From positions 1,490 through 65,489 of the forward strand of contig CAYRTD010000004.1 of assembly GCA_964426915.1 (NCBI GenBank): DNA of 64,000 nt, read 5' to 3'. This document shows, one piece after another, positions 8,703 through 19,459 of the stretch (position 1 is the first letter of the stretch; each line of letters starts with the position of its first letter). The notes beneath the pieces were generated by a model that worked only from the letters and a program-made list of their open reading frames with translations, ran no database searches and was not told where the DNA came from. Both the position numbers and the translations under genes were made by a program. The DNA comes from an uncultured Bacteroidaceae bacterium. GTDB lineage: Bacteria; Bacteroidota; Bacteroidia; Bacteroidales; GCA-2748055.

Positions 8703-9998
8703 TTGTCCATTATGAAAAAAGTATTTATCCTGTTCATTTCTTTTTTGTTTTTCTTTAATAACCATTCTTTTGCACAGGAGGAAGAGAAAAAGTTTGGAAT
8801 TCAGTTTTCCGGTTTCGTTAAAAGTGATTTCTTTTTTGATACCCGACAGACAGTTGCCGCCAGGGAAGGGCATTTTTTATTATGGCCGTCGCCTGCGGTG
8901 AATGATCTTAACGGAAACGACATTAATGCGAAACCGAGTTTTAATTTCCTGGCAATCCAGTCAAGATTATCCGGTCGGGTGAGTGGTCCGGATGCTTTTG
9001 GAGCGAAAACTTCAGGACTTATAGAAGGTGATTTTTTCGCTCAGTCTAACGAAAACATCAATCTTTTCCGCCTTCGGCATGCATTTGTCAAGTTTAACTG
9101 GCCCAATACTGAAATACTGGCTGGACAATACTGGAACCCATTCTTTGTAACCGGATGTTTCCCCGGTACTGTATCTTTTAATACCGGTACCCCTTTGCAA
9201 TCCTTTGCCAGAAATCCCCAGCTTCGTCTCACGCAAAGCATTGGGAATTTGAATCTGATACTTGCTGCTCTTTCTCAGAGAGATTTCACCAATTTTGGCC
9301 CGGATCCCGTTGTAGATGGTCTTGCAAAGAATACGGGTGATTTTCTCCGTAATTCCGGTACTCCGGATATGCACCTGCAATTTCAATATAAAGTTACGGA
9401 AGAGTCAGGAACAAGTATGCTGTTTGGTGCTGGCGGTGAATATAAAACAATAGTGCCCCGCTTATCTTCTTCAGTAGAGAACAGGAGGTATAAGGTAGAT
9501 GAAAAACTGGGTAGTTTTGCTGCAATTGCCTTTACCAAGCTTTCTTTTAGAACGTTGACCTTAAAATTACAGGGGCGTTATGGGGAAAATATTTCCGATT
9601 TGCTATCTGTCAGCGGATTTGCTGTAAAAGGGATAACCGATCCTGTTACCGGCGAAAGATCTTATACTCCCCTTCAAAATGCAACATTCTGGGGGGAAAT
9701 TCATTCGAACGGGGATAAATTGCAAATCGGTGTATTCGGAGGTTATCTGAAGAATCTTGGTACTAAAGAAGAAATGTCTGATATAACGAATCCGGTTTAT
9801 GGGCTGGGTCATAATATCGAATCTCTTTACAGGATCTCACCCAGAATTATGTTTTTATCTAACAAGACTAAAATAGGTTGTGAGTTGGAATATACCTCTG
9901 CAGCATATGGCAGTGATTATGATGTTAATTATGTGCCTGGAAGCACTACTCAGGTTGGGAATGCCAGAATATTACTCAGTGCGATTTATTCCTTTTAA
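8703..9998 (+). CDS. outer-membrane beta-barrel porin-like protein
   Basis: Signal peptide MKKVFILFISFLFFFNNHSFAQ. Alternating beta-strand pattern throughout, with a C-terminal aromatic residue (...LLSAIYSF). Confidence 0.65.
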   Translation: MSIMKKVFILFISFLFFFNNHSFAQEEEKKFGIQFSGFVKSDFFFDTRQTVAAREGHFLLWPSPAVNDLNGNDINAKPSFNFLAIQSRLSGRVSGPDAFGAKTSGLIEGDFFAQSNENINLFRLRHAFVKFNWPNTEILAGQYWNPFFVTGCFPGTVSFNTGTPLQSFARNPQLRLTQSIGNLNLILAALSQRDFTNFGPDPVVDGLAKNTGDFLRNSGTPDMHLQFQYKVTEESGTSMLFGAGGEYKTIVPRLSSSVENRRYKVDEKLGSFAAIAFTKLSFRTLTLKLQGRYGENISDLLSVSGFAVKGITDPVTGERSYTPLQNATFWGEIHSNGDKLQIGVFGGYLKNLGTKEEMSDITNPVYGLGHNIESLYRISPRIMFLSNKTKIGCELEYTSAAYGSDYDVNYVPGSTTQVGNARILLSAIYSF

Positions 9999-9999
9999 T

Positions 10000-10230
10000 T
10001 CAGTGAGACTATGATTTTGGTATTCAAAATCATTTAACTGAACTGAGCCCGCTCCGGAATCTTTCGGGAGATAGCCGAGGGATCTCATGGATTAAAGCAG
10101 CATGCGTGACCGCGTTCGCATGAAGCTTTCCGCGAGCGCAGAGCTTCTACGCTCGCGGAAAGCTTCAGCGACAGCATGCGGTTGCGAAGCTCGTTATCAC
10201 TCGGTTCTGTGTTACGCTCATGGGAAAAAT
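10000..10230 (+). repeat. mosaic repeat family 2 copy plus GC-rich hairpin module
   Basis: 10000-10107 matches the reverse complement of 8383-8475. There is a perfect 17-bp stem GAAGCTTTCCGCGAGCG (10122-10138) / CGCTCGCGGAAAGCTTC (10150-10166). The repeat fills the whole gap between the convergent porin and radical-SAM genes. Confidence 0.7.
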
Positions 10231-10232
10231 AA

Positions 10233-11177
10233 TCAATTAGATTTCTCCCGGGGCTGATAAAAAATTCCTCTTTCTTCATTCCTTGTTCTGATTTTTTTCT
10301 CAGAATCCAGAACATCAAGGTATTTATTTACCTCATTGAGATGTAGTCCGAGAATTTGAGAAAGATCAACAGCCGTACAAGGTCGTCTTTGAATGGTTTC
10401 AAGTATTGCTGTTTCGGTATCGGATCTGTAGGCTTCAATTTTTTTCCTGCTGACGGGAGCGGTAATAATCTCAATATTCGGATAATCCAATTTTTTTCCG
10501 ATATTTTTCAGTTCAGCACGAGATGCATTCCGAAGTTTTTTTTCGGTTCCTGGCCTGTCAAGTGTGTTAAGCTGAATGCGGTCCGGTTTAATTTTAGATA
10601 AGGCCTTTGAAAGAGCTCCAATATTATTATCATTATCGTTATAACCTGGGATTATAAGAATTTCAAGCCAGATTTCTCCCCTGTACTCTTTTCTGAATTC
10701 TATCAATCCGTTGATATGATCGTCAACAGACAGTCCCGGAGCCGGCCGGTTAATTTTTTCGAAAGCATCCTGAGTGGCTGCATCCAGAGAAGGCAGTACA
10801 AGGTCGGCTCTCAGGATCTCCCGTCGAAGGTCTTTGTTATTTAAAAGAGTTCCGTTAGTAAGCAGGGCAACAGAGATTCCCGGTTTTATCTCTTTTATAA
10901 AATCAAGTACTTTTCCAATTTTAATATTCAGGGTTGGCTCCCCGGAACCTGAAAAGGTAATGTAATCGGGATCGGGATTGTTTGCAAAGAAATGTCTGAG
11001 CTCTTCTTTAATTTTATTCAGTTTAACATACTCCATCCTTCCGGTTGTTAGTTTGTTAGTTTTTCCGCACTCACAATACACACAATCCAGTGAACATATT
11101 TTGTGGGTAACAAGATCAACGCCCAGCGACATTCCAAGTCTCCGGGAGGGAACGGGTCCGAATAAATATTTATACAT
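10233..11177 (-). CDS. radical SAM protein with C-terminal winged-helix-like domain
   Basis: GPVPSRRLGMSLGVDL followed by the CxxxCxxC cluster motif in CSLDCVYCECG. The C-terminal ~70 aa (TAILETIQRRPCTAVDLSQILGLHLNEVNKYLDVL) look like a wHTH. No SPASM cysteines. Confidence 0.85.
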   Translation of the reverse strand: MYKYLFGPVPSRRLGMSLGVDLVTHKICSLDCVYCECGKTNKLTTGRMEYVKLNKIKEELRHFFANNPDPDYITFSGSGEPTLNIKIGKVLDFIKEIKPGISVALLTNGTLLNNKDLRREILRADLVLPSLDAATQDAFEKINRPAPGLSVDDHINGLIEFRKEYRGEIWLEILIIPGYNDNDNNIGALSKALSKIKPDRIQLNTLDRPGTEKKLRNASRAELKNIGKKLDYPNIEIITAPVSRKKIEAYRSDTETAILETIQRRPCTAVDLSQILGLHLNEVNKYLDVLDSEKKIRTRNEERGIFYQPREKSN

Positions 11178-11200
11178 TTTAATTCTTTTACTCTATTGAA

Positions 11201-11486
11201 AGTCTCTATCTGTCAATAATGATCTACTTCCCACATGATGCTTTCATCGTTACGGCATTATTATTTCCGTAATAACCCGCTCTTGTTCTCGAATCCGCCG
11301 CGACGAATACTGCGGTTTAAAACATTTTCGCGCCCCCGTAAAAGAACGGGGCAGGCCCGCCTGCCGTTGCACTGGCCATCCTTAGGCGGGCAGGCTTGAT
11401 TTCGAACATTAGCTTCGCTGAGCTCACCACCATTTGACATATTCGATTATGATCCAGACACTTGAATTTATTGACAGACTCTTGTC
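11201..11486 (-). repeat. mosaic repeat family 1, long copy in reverse orientation (MITE-like)
   Basis: Imperfect terminal inverted repeats AGTCT[CTCTAT-insertion]CTGTCAATAAT (11201-11220) and TTTATTGACAGACTC (11468-11482). The box GTTCGAAATCAAG is the reverse complement of 11395-11407. The core carries GC-rich hairpins: GCCCGCCT/AGGCGGGC, CCCCGT/ACGGGG. Confidence 0.6.
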
Positions 11487-11504
11487 TTGTTAATGATTAA
11501 TCCA

Positions 11505-13292
11505 TTAGTCCAGTTTCAGCACAGCCAGAAATGCCGTCTGCGGGACCTCCACATTCCCTACCTGACGCATTCTTTTTTTTCCTTTTTTCTGCTTTTCAAG
11601 AAGCTTGCGTTTTCGGGTAATATCTCCACCGTAGCATTTGGCCGTCACATCTTTTCTTACTGCTTTAACGGTTTCTCTTGCGATAATCTTTGCACCGGTG
11701 GCAGCTTGTATGGCAATATCAAACTGCTGGCGGGGGATGAGTTCTTTTAATTTCACACACATTCTTCTCCCAAAATCATAAGCATTATCGCGATGAATCA
11801 GAGTTGACAGTGCATCAACCATTTCCCCGTTTAAAAGGATGTCCAGTCTTACAAGATCTGCCTTATCATAACCAGATGTATAATAATCGAACGATGCGTA
11901 TCCTTTGGATATACTTTTCAGCTTATCGTAGAAGTCGAAAACAATTTCCGCGAGGGGCATCTGGAATGTCAGCTCCACCCGGTTTGAGGTGAGATATACC
12001 TGATTTTTCAAAACACCTCTGTTATCCATGCACAATTTCATAACCGGACCCACAAATTCTGCCTGGGAAATGATTTGGGCGGTAATATAGGGTTCTTCAA
12101 TATAATCGATAAGGGTTACGTCTGGCAATCCGGAAGGGTTGTGAACTTCAATTTTTTCACCTTTCCTGGTATACACATTATAGGATACATTCGGTACAGT
12201 GGTGATAACATCCATGTCAAATTCCCTGTCGAGTCTTTCCTGTATGATCTCCATGTGAAGAAGTCCCAGGAATCCGCAACGAAAACCAAACCCAAGAGCT
12301 GCAGAAGATTCAGGTATAAAAGTAAGGGAGGCATCATTAAGCTGTAGTTTCTCGATTGAAGCTCTGAGGTCTTCATAATCATCTGCATCCACAGGATAAA
12401 TTCCGGCAAAAACCATGGGTTTTACGTCTTCGAATCCGGAAATTGGTTTCTCACAGGGTTTTTCCACGTGCGTAATGGTATCCCCGACTTTCACTTCCCG
12501 GGAGGTTTTAATGCCTGAAATGATATATCCTACGTCTCCGGCTTTAAGTTCTTTGCGGGGTTCGGTCTTTATACCCAGAACCCCGATTTCATCAGCATAA
12601 TATTCTTTTTTTGTGGCAAAGAATTTAACGGAATCGCCTTTTTTTAATGTTCCGTTAAAGATTCTGAAGTATGCGAATATTCCCCGGAAATTATTGTATA
12701 CCGAATCAAAGATCAAAGCCTGAAGAGGAGCTTCAGGATTTCCTGTGGGAGGAGGTATTCTACCGATAATTGCCTCAAGAATTTTATCCACTCCAAAACC
12801 GGTTTTGCCACTAGCTTCGATTATATCCTCTCTTTCACATCCGATAAGATCAACAATCTGATCTTTAACTTCTTCAGGCATGGCATTATCCATATCCATC
12901 TTGTTGAGAACGGGTATGATCTCAAGGTCGTGATCAATAGCCTGGTAAAGATTTGAAATGGTTTGTGCCTGAATACCCTGTGTTGCGTCAACGATCAATA
13001 GTGCTCCTTCACAGGCGGCAATAGACCGGGATACCTCATAGGAGAAATCCACATGGCCGGGAGTATCAATGAGGTTTAATATATAGTGTGAACCATCTTG
13101 TTCATATTTCATTTGTATTGCGTGGCTCTTTATGGTAATTCCTCTTTCCCTCTCCAGATCCATATTATCCAACACCTGGTCCTGAAAATCACGATCGGTT
13201 ACAGTATTGGTAAACTGCAGTAAACGATCAGCCAGTGTACTCTTCCCATGGTCAATGTGGGCGATAATACTAAAATTTCTAATGTGCTTCAT
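11505..13292 (-). CDS. lepA: translation elongation factor 4 (LepA)
   Basis: [18 protein letters not shown] and NKMD GTPase motifs. Full-length LepA C-terminal domain (...[17 protein letters not shown]). Confidence 0.97.
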   Translation of the reverse strand: MKHIRNFSIIAHIDHGKSTLADRLLQFTNTVTDRDFQDQVLDNMDLERERGITIKSHAIQMKYEQDGSHYILNLIDTPGHVDFSYEVSRSIAACEGALLIVDATQGIQAQTISNLYQAIDHDLEIIPVLNKMDMDNAMPEEVKDQIVDLIGCEREDIIEASGKTGFGVDKILEAIIGRIPPPTGNPEAPLQALIFDSVYNNFRGIFAYFRIFNGTLKKGDSVKFFATKKEYYADEIGVLGIKTEPRKELKAGDVGYIISGIKTSREVKVGDTITHVEKPCEKPISGFEDVKPMVFAGIYPVDADDYEDLRASIEKLQLNDASLTFIPESSAALGFGFRCGFLGLLHMEIIQERLDREFDMDVITTVPNVSYNVYTRKGEKIEVHNPSGLPDVTLIDYIEEPYITAQIISQAEFVGPVMKLCMDNRGVLKNQVYLTSNRVELTFQMPLAEIVFDFYDKLKSISKGYASFDYYTSGYDKADLVRLDILLNGEMVDALSTLIHRDNAYDFGRRMCVKLKELIPRQQFDIAIQAATGAKIIARETVKAVRKDVTAKCYGGDITRKRKLLEKQKKGKKRMRQVGNVEVPQTAFLAVLKLD

Positions 13293-13330
13293 ATTTAGAT
13301 TGAAATTGACGACAAAGATAATAAAAAGAA

Positions 13331-13415
13331 TATGGACAGACTCTAAGTAAGAATAAGAAGCGATGTAACTATAAAACTCTTGGATGAATTAAGAAATATT
13401 GAGTCTGTTTAAAAG
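13331..13415. repeat. degenerate family 1 units in inverted arrangement
   Basis: TATGGACAGACTCTAAGTA (13331-13349) and ATTGAGTCTGTTTAAAAG (13398-13415) are mutually inverted core units. A third, GAGTCTGG, lies at about 13491. Confidence 0.35.
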
Positions 13416-13505
13416 AAATTATAAAGAATTATTCACTACCGGAATAGTTATAAAGTGATTTATTCTTAGAAGAAAATATCTGAGTCTGGTTTAATTCCTG
13501 ATGTG

Positions 13506-14000
13506 CTAATCGCCCAGATCTTCCACTTGATATTCATGTCCTGTATTTTTCAGGAATTCTTTAAGTTCCTTAAAACCAAGTGAAATAAATCTTTCTCCCT
13601 CAGTATTCGGAAGGAAGCTAAGTTCTTTTTCCTGATCCAGTTCTTTGTCGATGATAACTTTTACATGTTTTTCCGAATCATTCAACAAGCCGAACACGGA
13701 GATGAATCCGGGTTTTAGTCCAAGGTATTTCTCCACCCTCCAATGCGATGCCATGGTCATGCTTCCCCTGCCGGTAATCTCCTGCAAGCTTTTAATATTG
13801 ATTTTTTTGTAATAATTGAAGATTAGCAGATAGTGATTTCTGCCATGATTATCACGGAAAAATAAATTCTTGCAACGAAGCATGTCTCTGTCTTTCCAAA
13901 ACTGTTTCCCGGGAGGAAATATAGTGCTTTCTACCAGGTGTTCACTAAAATTTATATTCTTCTCTCTGAGAAAAGATATTACTGATTCTCCTGATGTCAT
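13506..14000 (-). CDS. YbaK/ProX-type aminoacyl-tRNA deacylase domain protein
   Basis: KNLFFRDNHGRNHYLLIF...YLGLKPGFISVFGLLNDSEKHVKVIIDKEL resembles prolyl-tRNA-synthetase-associated (ProX/YbaK) domains. The ATG at 14000 is preferred over the TTG at 14051. Confidence 0.65.
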   Translation of the reverse strand: MTSGESVISFLREKNINFSEHLVESTIFPPGKQFWKDRDMLRCKNLFFRDNHGRNHYLLIFNYYKKINIKSLQEITGRGSMTMASHWRVEKYLGLKPGFISVFGLLNDSEKHVKVIIDKELDQEKELSFLPNTEGERFISLGFKELKEFLKNTGHEYQVEDLGD

Positions 14001-14281
14001 TTTTTTGTTCAGATTAGGTTTATTATTCCGGAAAATCCCGGGTAGGTACAACCCTTAGGGCTACAGAGATCCCTCACTTCGTGAGAAACCTTTCTCTTGT
14101 TATGAACTGTGATATCATACCGTCAAGCGCTTTACAAAAAATATTAAAATGTACAAAATGTGTAAAATAGACTGTCTATTGTAAATATATTTTTCGGGTA
14201 ACTATCTGTTTGACTGGAATTATGTGGATCTGCATTTCGCAAATATGGATTTGTGAAAAATTATCCCTGTTCTGTTTATAG

Positions 14282-14304
14282 TTTGTCAATAAAGTCGGGT
14301 GTCT
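14282..14304 (+). repeat. solo fragment of family 1 (GTCAATAAAGTCGGGTGTCT box)
   Basis: TTTGTCAATAAAGTCGGGTGTCT matches 29176-29198 and 55893-55914. Confidence 0.5.
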
Positions 14305-14320
14305 AGGCATCCAGGCAATA

Positions 14321-14360
14321 AAAAAAAACCGTCTCTGAATATATCTGAGACGGTTTTTTT
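14321..14360. terminator. bidirectional intrinsic terminator downstream of groEL
   Basis: A8-CCGTCTC-loop-GAGACGG-T7, lying 31 nt after the groEL stop codon. Confidence 0.75.
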
Positions 14361-14390
14361 GAATTGAATGTATATTTTGGTTTGTGATAA

Positions 14391-16049
<1,659 letters not shown>

Positions 16050-16065
16050 TTATTGATTTTTTTGA

Positions 16066-16344
16066 TTAGACTATTGCAAGAATTTCGGATTGCTTCATAA
16101 TGATGTAATCTTTATCTTCAATAGTTATCTCCGTTCCGGAGTACTTGCCATATATAACTACATCATCCTTTTTTACTTCCATTTTTTCGTCATTGGTACC
16201 AGGACCTACAGCAATGACAGTCCCTTTTTGGGGCTTTTCTTTTGCTGTTTCGGGAATAATAATTCCGCTTGCTGTTTTTTCTTCAGCCGTTAGAGGCTCA
16301 ATAAGAACACGATCTCCTAAAGGTTTTACTTTCAGATCTGCCAT
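16066..16344 (-). CDS. groES: co-chaperonin GroES
   Basis: 92 aa, [11 protein letters not shown]...[23 protein letters not shown], immediately upstream of groEL. Confidence 0.97.
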   Translation of the reverse strand: MADLKVKPLGDRVLIEPLTAEEKTASGIIIPETAKEKPQKGTVIAVGPGTNDEKMEVKKDDVVIYGKYSGTEITIEDKDYIIMKQSEILAIV

Positions 16345-16544
16345 TTTTTTATGTTTTTTAAATTGTTCAACATGATTTGTTTCGCACTGTGCTGATCATA
16401 TTTTGTGCCAAATGCTGATCAGGCTGAGAAGCTGTATTTTTTGACATATAAAGCAAAAGCAGATGGCCCTGATAAAAAATCTTTTATACACATATGTCTC
16501 AAATATTCAGAGTGTTATTTGGATGCGGTGCTATAAAGGACGGC

Positions 16545-16581
16545 AAAAAAAAAAGTGTCAGTAATATGACATACTGACACT
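16545..16581 (-). terminator. intrinsic terminator after secG
   Basis: The stem AGTGTCAGTA (16554-16563) / TACTGACACT (16572-16581) is followed on the minus strand by a T-run (the A-run just below 16554), 25 nt after the secG stop. Confidence 0.7.
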
Positions 16582-16605
16582 CTTAAATATTTTTCAGGAC
16601 TAATA

Positions 16606-16962
16606 TTATTCCTGCTCTCCTTCCGGAGGGGTGGATTGTTCTTCTGTTGATTCGGGCAGATTAATTCTGTTGTTTCCGGGTTGATTCAAAAGATTTTCAT
16701 TAAACTCACCTTCTACTCTTGAACGTTCTTCCTCATTGCTCCGGGGTAGGGTAACAGTAGCCATAAGACTGAAAACCAGAAGTGCTGCTGCAAGTGTCCA
16801 GGTAGCTTTTTCAAGAAAATCGGCCGTTTTTCTCACGCCCATATATTGATTTGACGAGGCAAAGTTCGATGCAAGTCCTCCACCCTTCGAATTCTGCACC
16901 AAAACAATAAGGGTAAGCAGAATACAGACAATAATAATTAAAATAACAAAAAGAGTATGCAT
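16606..16962 (-). CDS. secG: preprotein translocase subunit SecG
   Basis: TM1-LVQNSKGGGLASNF-...-TM2 architecture typical of SecG, with an acidic C-terminal extension. Confidence 0.85.
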   Translation of the reverse strand: MHTLFVILIIIVCILLTLIVLVQNSKGGGLASNFASSNQYMGVRKTADFLEKATWTLAAALLVFSLMATVTLPRSNEEERSRVEGEFNENLLNQPGNNRINLPESTEEQSTPPEGEQE

Positions 16963-16970
16963 ATCGCTGA

Positions 16971-17687
16971 TTATTTATTACTTAATAGATTTTTTATTTT
17001 TTCAATTTGAGAGGCAAAGTAAACACTTTTTTCCGGATATTTCAAACTTAATTTCTCATAGGCAAAAATGGCCTTCGAGTACAGTCCTTGGCTTATGTAA
17101 ATCCTTGCCAGCGAGTCGGTTATAAAGCTTTCGTTTTCTTCTACGCTATTCTTTGATATATCTCCTTCCAGCTGGCTTTTTTTGTCGGCAGGAATAGGTC
17201 CGGGATCTATTTCCAGAAACCTTTCAATTAAATGTTCTTTGGCCGTACTTTTTTCGTTCAGCTTATCAATCCATTTTGTGAATTCCGAATAGTTATCCTG
17301 TCTGTCATTTATCTTTTTTTCCTGTGATCCGGTATCTCCTTCTTTATCTTTTTCTTCGCTATAGCTAAATTCGAGTAATTCTTTTTCATTATTTCCCCCG
17401 CCATCTGTAAGTATTTTTTCCTTCTCTACGGTATCTTCAGCCGGATCCATAATGAGTTTTTGCCACAGATCACTGTTAATTAGCCGAAATAATCTTTTCC
17501 GGTCATGCAGGTATATAATATGTTTTTTTAATTCTGTACTGAAATCCTCTGGTCTTTCTTTTTTATATTTTAAGAGCCATACAATATGGAGGAGTGAAAA
17601 CCAGGGGTATTTACTGATAAGATCCTCCAGAGTTGCAAAGTCTATTCTGCCGGGATCCTGTAATATGTTTAGCTGTGTATTTTCCAT
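16971..17687 (-). CDS. hypothetical protein (acidic middle region, TPR-like C-terminus)
   Basis: 238-aa ORF with an ATG start, tightly packed between lptE and secG. The C-terminus LARIYISQGLYSKAIFAYEKLSLKYPEKSVY is TPR-like. Confidence 0.6.
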   Translation of the reverse strand: MENTQLNILQDPGRIDFATLEDLISKYPWFSLLHIVWLLKYKKERPEDFSTELKKHIIYLHDRKRLFRLINSDLWQKLIMDPAEDTVEKEKILTDGGGNNEKELLEFSYSEEKDKEGDTGSQEKKINDRQDNYSEFTKWIDKLNEKSTAKEHLIERFLEIDPGPIPADKKSQLEGDISKNSVEENESFITDSLARIYISQGLYSKAIFAYEKLSLKYPEKSVYFASQIEKIKNLLSNK

Positions 17688-17691
17688 GATC

Positions 17692-18228
17692 CTACCAGTT
17701 TACGAAGGCTCTGTTAAAAATATCGTTCACAAGCTGATTAACAATTGACTCAATCAATTCTCCTTCAACATCGGCCAGAGCCTGTGAACTTGGGTATTCC
17801 TCATACCTGGAGAAACTGGTGTCAAAACTTTCATCAGGGTATAAAGAATTGGTGTATTTTACCTTTATGGTTATCGTTAGCCGGTTCAATGCTGCCACTT
17901 CATCGCCTGTGATCGCTGTTGGTCTTGTTTCATAATTTGAAATTTCCCCTGAGAAATCCACATCTCCGAATCCGGTTACCAGCTCAAGCCTGGTTTGTCC
18001 CTCAATCCTGTCTCTGAGTGCATCGGTGAATACCTGGCTTAACTGGGCCTGAACTACCGGAGCCCGATTTTGGAAATACTGGACTGAAAAACTTTCTATT
18101 TCGGGTGCGATGGAAGCTCCCTGGAATGAATAACTCACCTTACAGGAGGGAGATACAAATATAAATCCTGTTAGCATAATCATCAATAAAAACCCGGCTT
18201 TAGGGCTTGTCTCAGGAATCAATTTCAT
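17692..18228 (-). CDS. lptE: LptE-like LPS-assembly lipoprotein
   Basis: Lipoprotein signal ending FVSPSC when started at the ATG at 18228. The size and the position after a sigma-54 activator match the conserved Bacteroidota lptE context. Confidence 0.6.
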   Translation of the reverse strand: MKLIPETSPKAGFLLMIMLTGFIFVSPSCKVSYSFQGASIAPEIESFSVQYFQNRAPVVQAQLSQVFTDALRDRIEGQTRLELVTGFGDVDFSGEISNYETRPTAITGDEVAALNRLTITIKVKYTNSLYPDESFDTSFSRYEEYPSSQALADVEGELIESIVNQLVNDIFNRAFVNW

Positions 18229-19459
18229 GTTCTTTGATTTTACGGTAAAGTGTCCGTTCTGAAATCCCAAGTTCCTTTGCTGCGTGTTTTCTTTTTCCAT
18301 TGTGTTTTTCCAGTGCTTTCCTTATTAGTTCGATCTCTTTATCTTCAAGCGACAGTGATTCTTCAATTATTTCTTCCGTGTCGAGAATATCATCATCCGG
18401 TGGACGGTTATACTGATGCTTATGTAGGGGTTTTGAAGGCCTTGCAGGTTTATTGGTTTCTTCTTCATCTTCTTCATAAAGTTTTTCGATTAACCTGGCA
18501 TTGTTTTTACGAATATCGGCATTGGAAGGCTCATCCTGCATCAATTCATGTACCAGTTTTTTGAGGTCATTCATGTCATTCTTCATGTCGAAAAGGATCT
18601 TGTACAATATTTCTCTTTCGGATGAAAATGTTTCCCTGTCGACCGAGCCTTTTATAAGTGCAGGAAGCTTAGAAGAGTGAAAATCAGGAAGATACTTAAG
18701 GAGTACATCATGATCAATAGTCCTTTCCTGTTCTATGATCGATATCTGTTCTGCAAGATTTTTCAGCTGACGTACATTACCCGGCCATTCATAGTTTTCA
18801 AGAGTTTCTTTTGCATTCTCCGTAAGGTTTATCGAGGGCATACGATATCTTTCAGCAAAATCAGATGCGAATTTCCTGAAAAGAAGGCTTATATCCTTAC
18901 CTCTTTTCCTGAGTGGCGGAATATTTATGGGAACTGTATTCAATCTGTAATAAAGATCTTCCCTGAATTTGTTGTTTCTGATAGCATCTGAAATAATAAT
19001 GTTGGTTGCCGCGATCACACGTACATTGGTTTTCTGAACTTTTGATGATCCCACCCGCAAAAATTCGCCGCTTTCCAGTACCCGTAACAGACGGACTTGA
19101 GTTGATAGTGGTAATTCCGCTACTTCATCGAGAAAAATTGTTCCTCCGTCGGCTACTTCAAAATATCCCTTGCGGGAATCGTGTGCTCCTGTGTAGGCAC
19201 CTTTTTCATGACCAAATAATTCAGAATCAATGGTTCCATCGGGGATAGCACCACAATTCACTGCAATGTACTGGCCATGTTTTCTTGAGCTGAGGCTATG
19301 AATGATTTGTGGAAATACCTCTTTGCCAACTCCACTTTCACCTGTGATCAAGACTGACAGGTCTGTTGAAGCTACCTGTATGGCAATGTCAATTGCATGA
19401 TTTAATCCGGGATGGTTACCAATAATTCCGAATCTTTGTTTTATTTGTTGTACATTCAC
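18212..19459 (-). CDS. sigma-54-dependent transcriptional activator (AAA+ plus Fis-type HTH, no receiver domain)
   Basis: Walker A GESGVGKE, a GAYTGA loop (GAFTGA variant) and a C-terminal HTH AAKELGISERTLYRKIKEH. GTG start. The protein begins directly with the AAA+ module. Confidence 0.9.
   Translation of the reverse strand: MNVQQIKQRFGIIGNHPGLNHAIDIAIQVASTDLSVLITGESGVGKEVFPQIIHSLSSRKHGQYIAVNCGAIPDGTIDSELFGHEKGAYTGAHDSRKGYFEVADGGTIFLDEVAELPLSTQVRLLRVLESGEFLRVGSSKVQKTNVRVIAATNIIISDAIRNNKFREDLYYRLNTVPINIPPLRKRGKDISLLFRKFASDFAERYRMPSINLTENAKETLENYEWPGNVRQLKNLAEQISIIEQERTIDHDVLLKYLPDFHSSKLPALIKGSVDRETFSSEREILYKILFDMKNDMNDLKKLVHELMQDEPSNADIRKNNARLIEKLYEEDEEETNKPARPSKPLHKHQYNRPPDDDILDTEEIIEESLSLEDKEIELIRKALEKHNGKRKHAAKELGISERTLYRKIKEHEIDS

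Noticed and set aside
8383-10107. Interpreting the inverted repeats around the porin gene as a Bacteroides-style invertible promoter switch
   Set aside because: The repeats enclose the whole gene plus its upstream region, about 1.5 kb, rather than a short promoter segment. No invertase or recombinase gene is nearby. Inversion would therefore not toggle expression. It is kept only as a repeat or composite-cassette observation.
10085-10318. 77-aa minus-strand ORF overlapping the 3' end of the radical SAM gene
   Set aside because: It is translated largely from the GC-rich repeat and hairpin module and overlaps a supported CDS. It is an artefact of repeat sequence.
11285-11296. tRNA T-arm-like GTTCTCGAATCC inside the 11.2-11.5 kb repeat
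   Set aside because: It does not match the GGTTCGAATCC consensus, and the flanking sequence cannot form acceptor, D or anticodon arms. I found no tRNA gene anywhere in the window.
16405-16410. TGGCAC-like sigma-54 -24 element (reverse strand) upstream of groES, and a second TGGCAC near 23068
   Set aside because: The expected -12 TTGC element is missing at the correct spacing in both cases (ATGA and GTAA instead). The 23068 copy has no downstream gene in that orientation.
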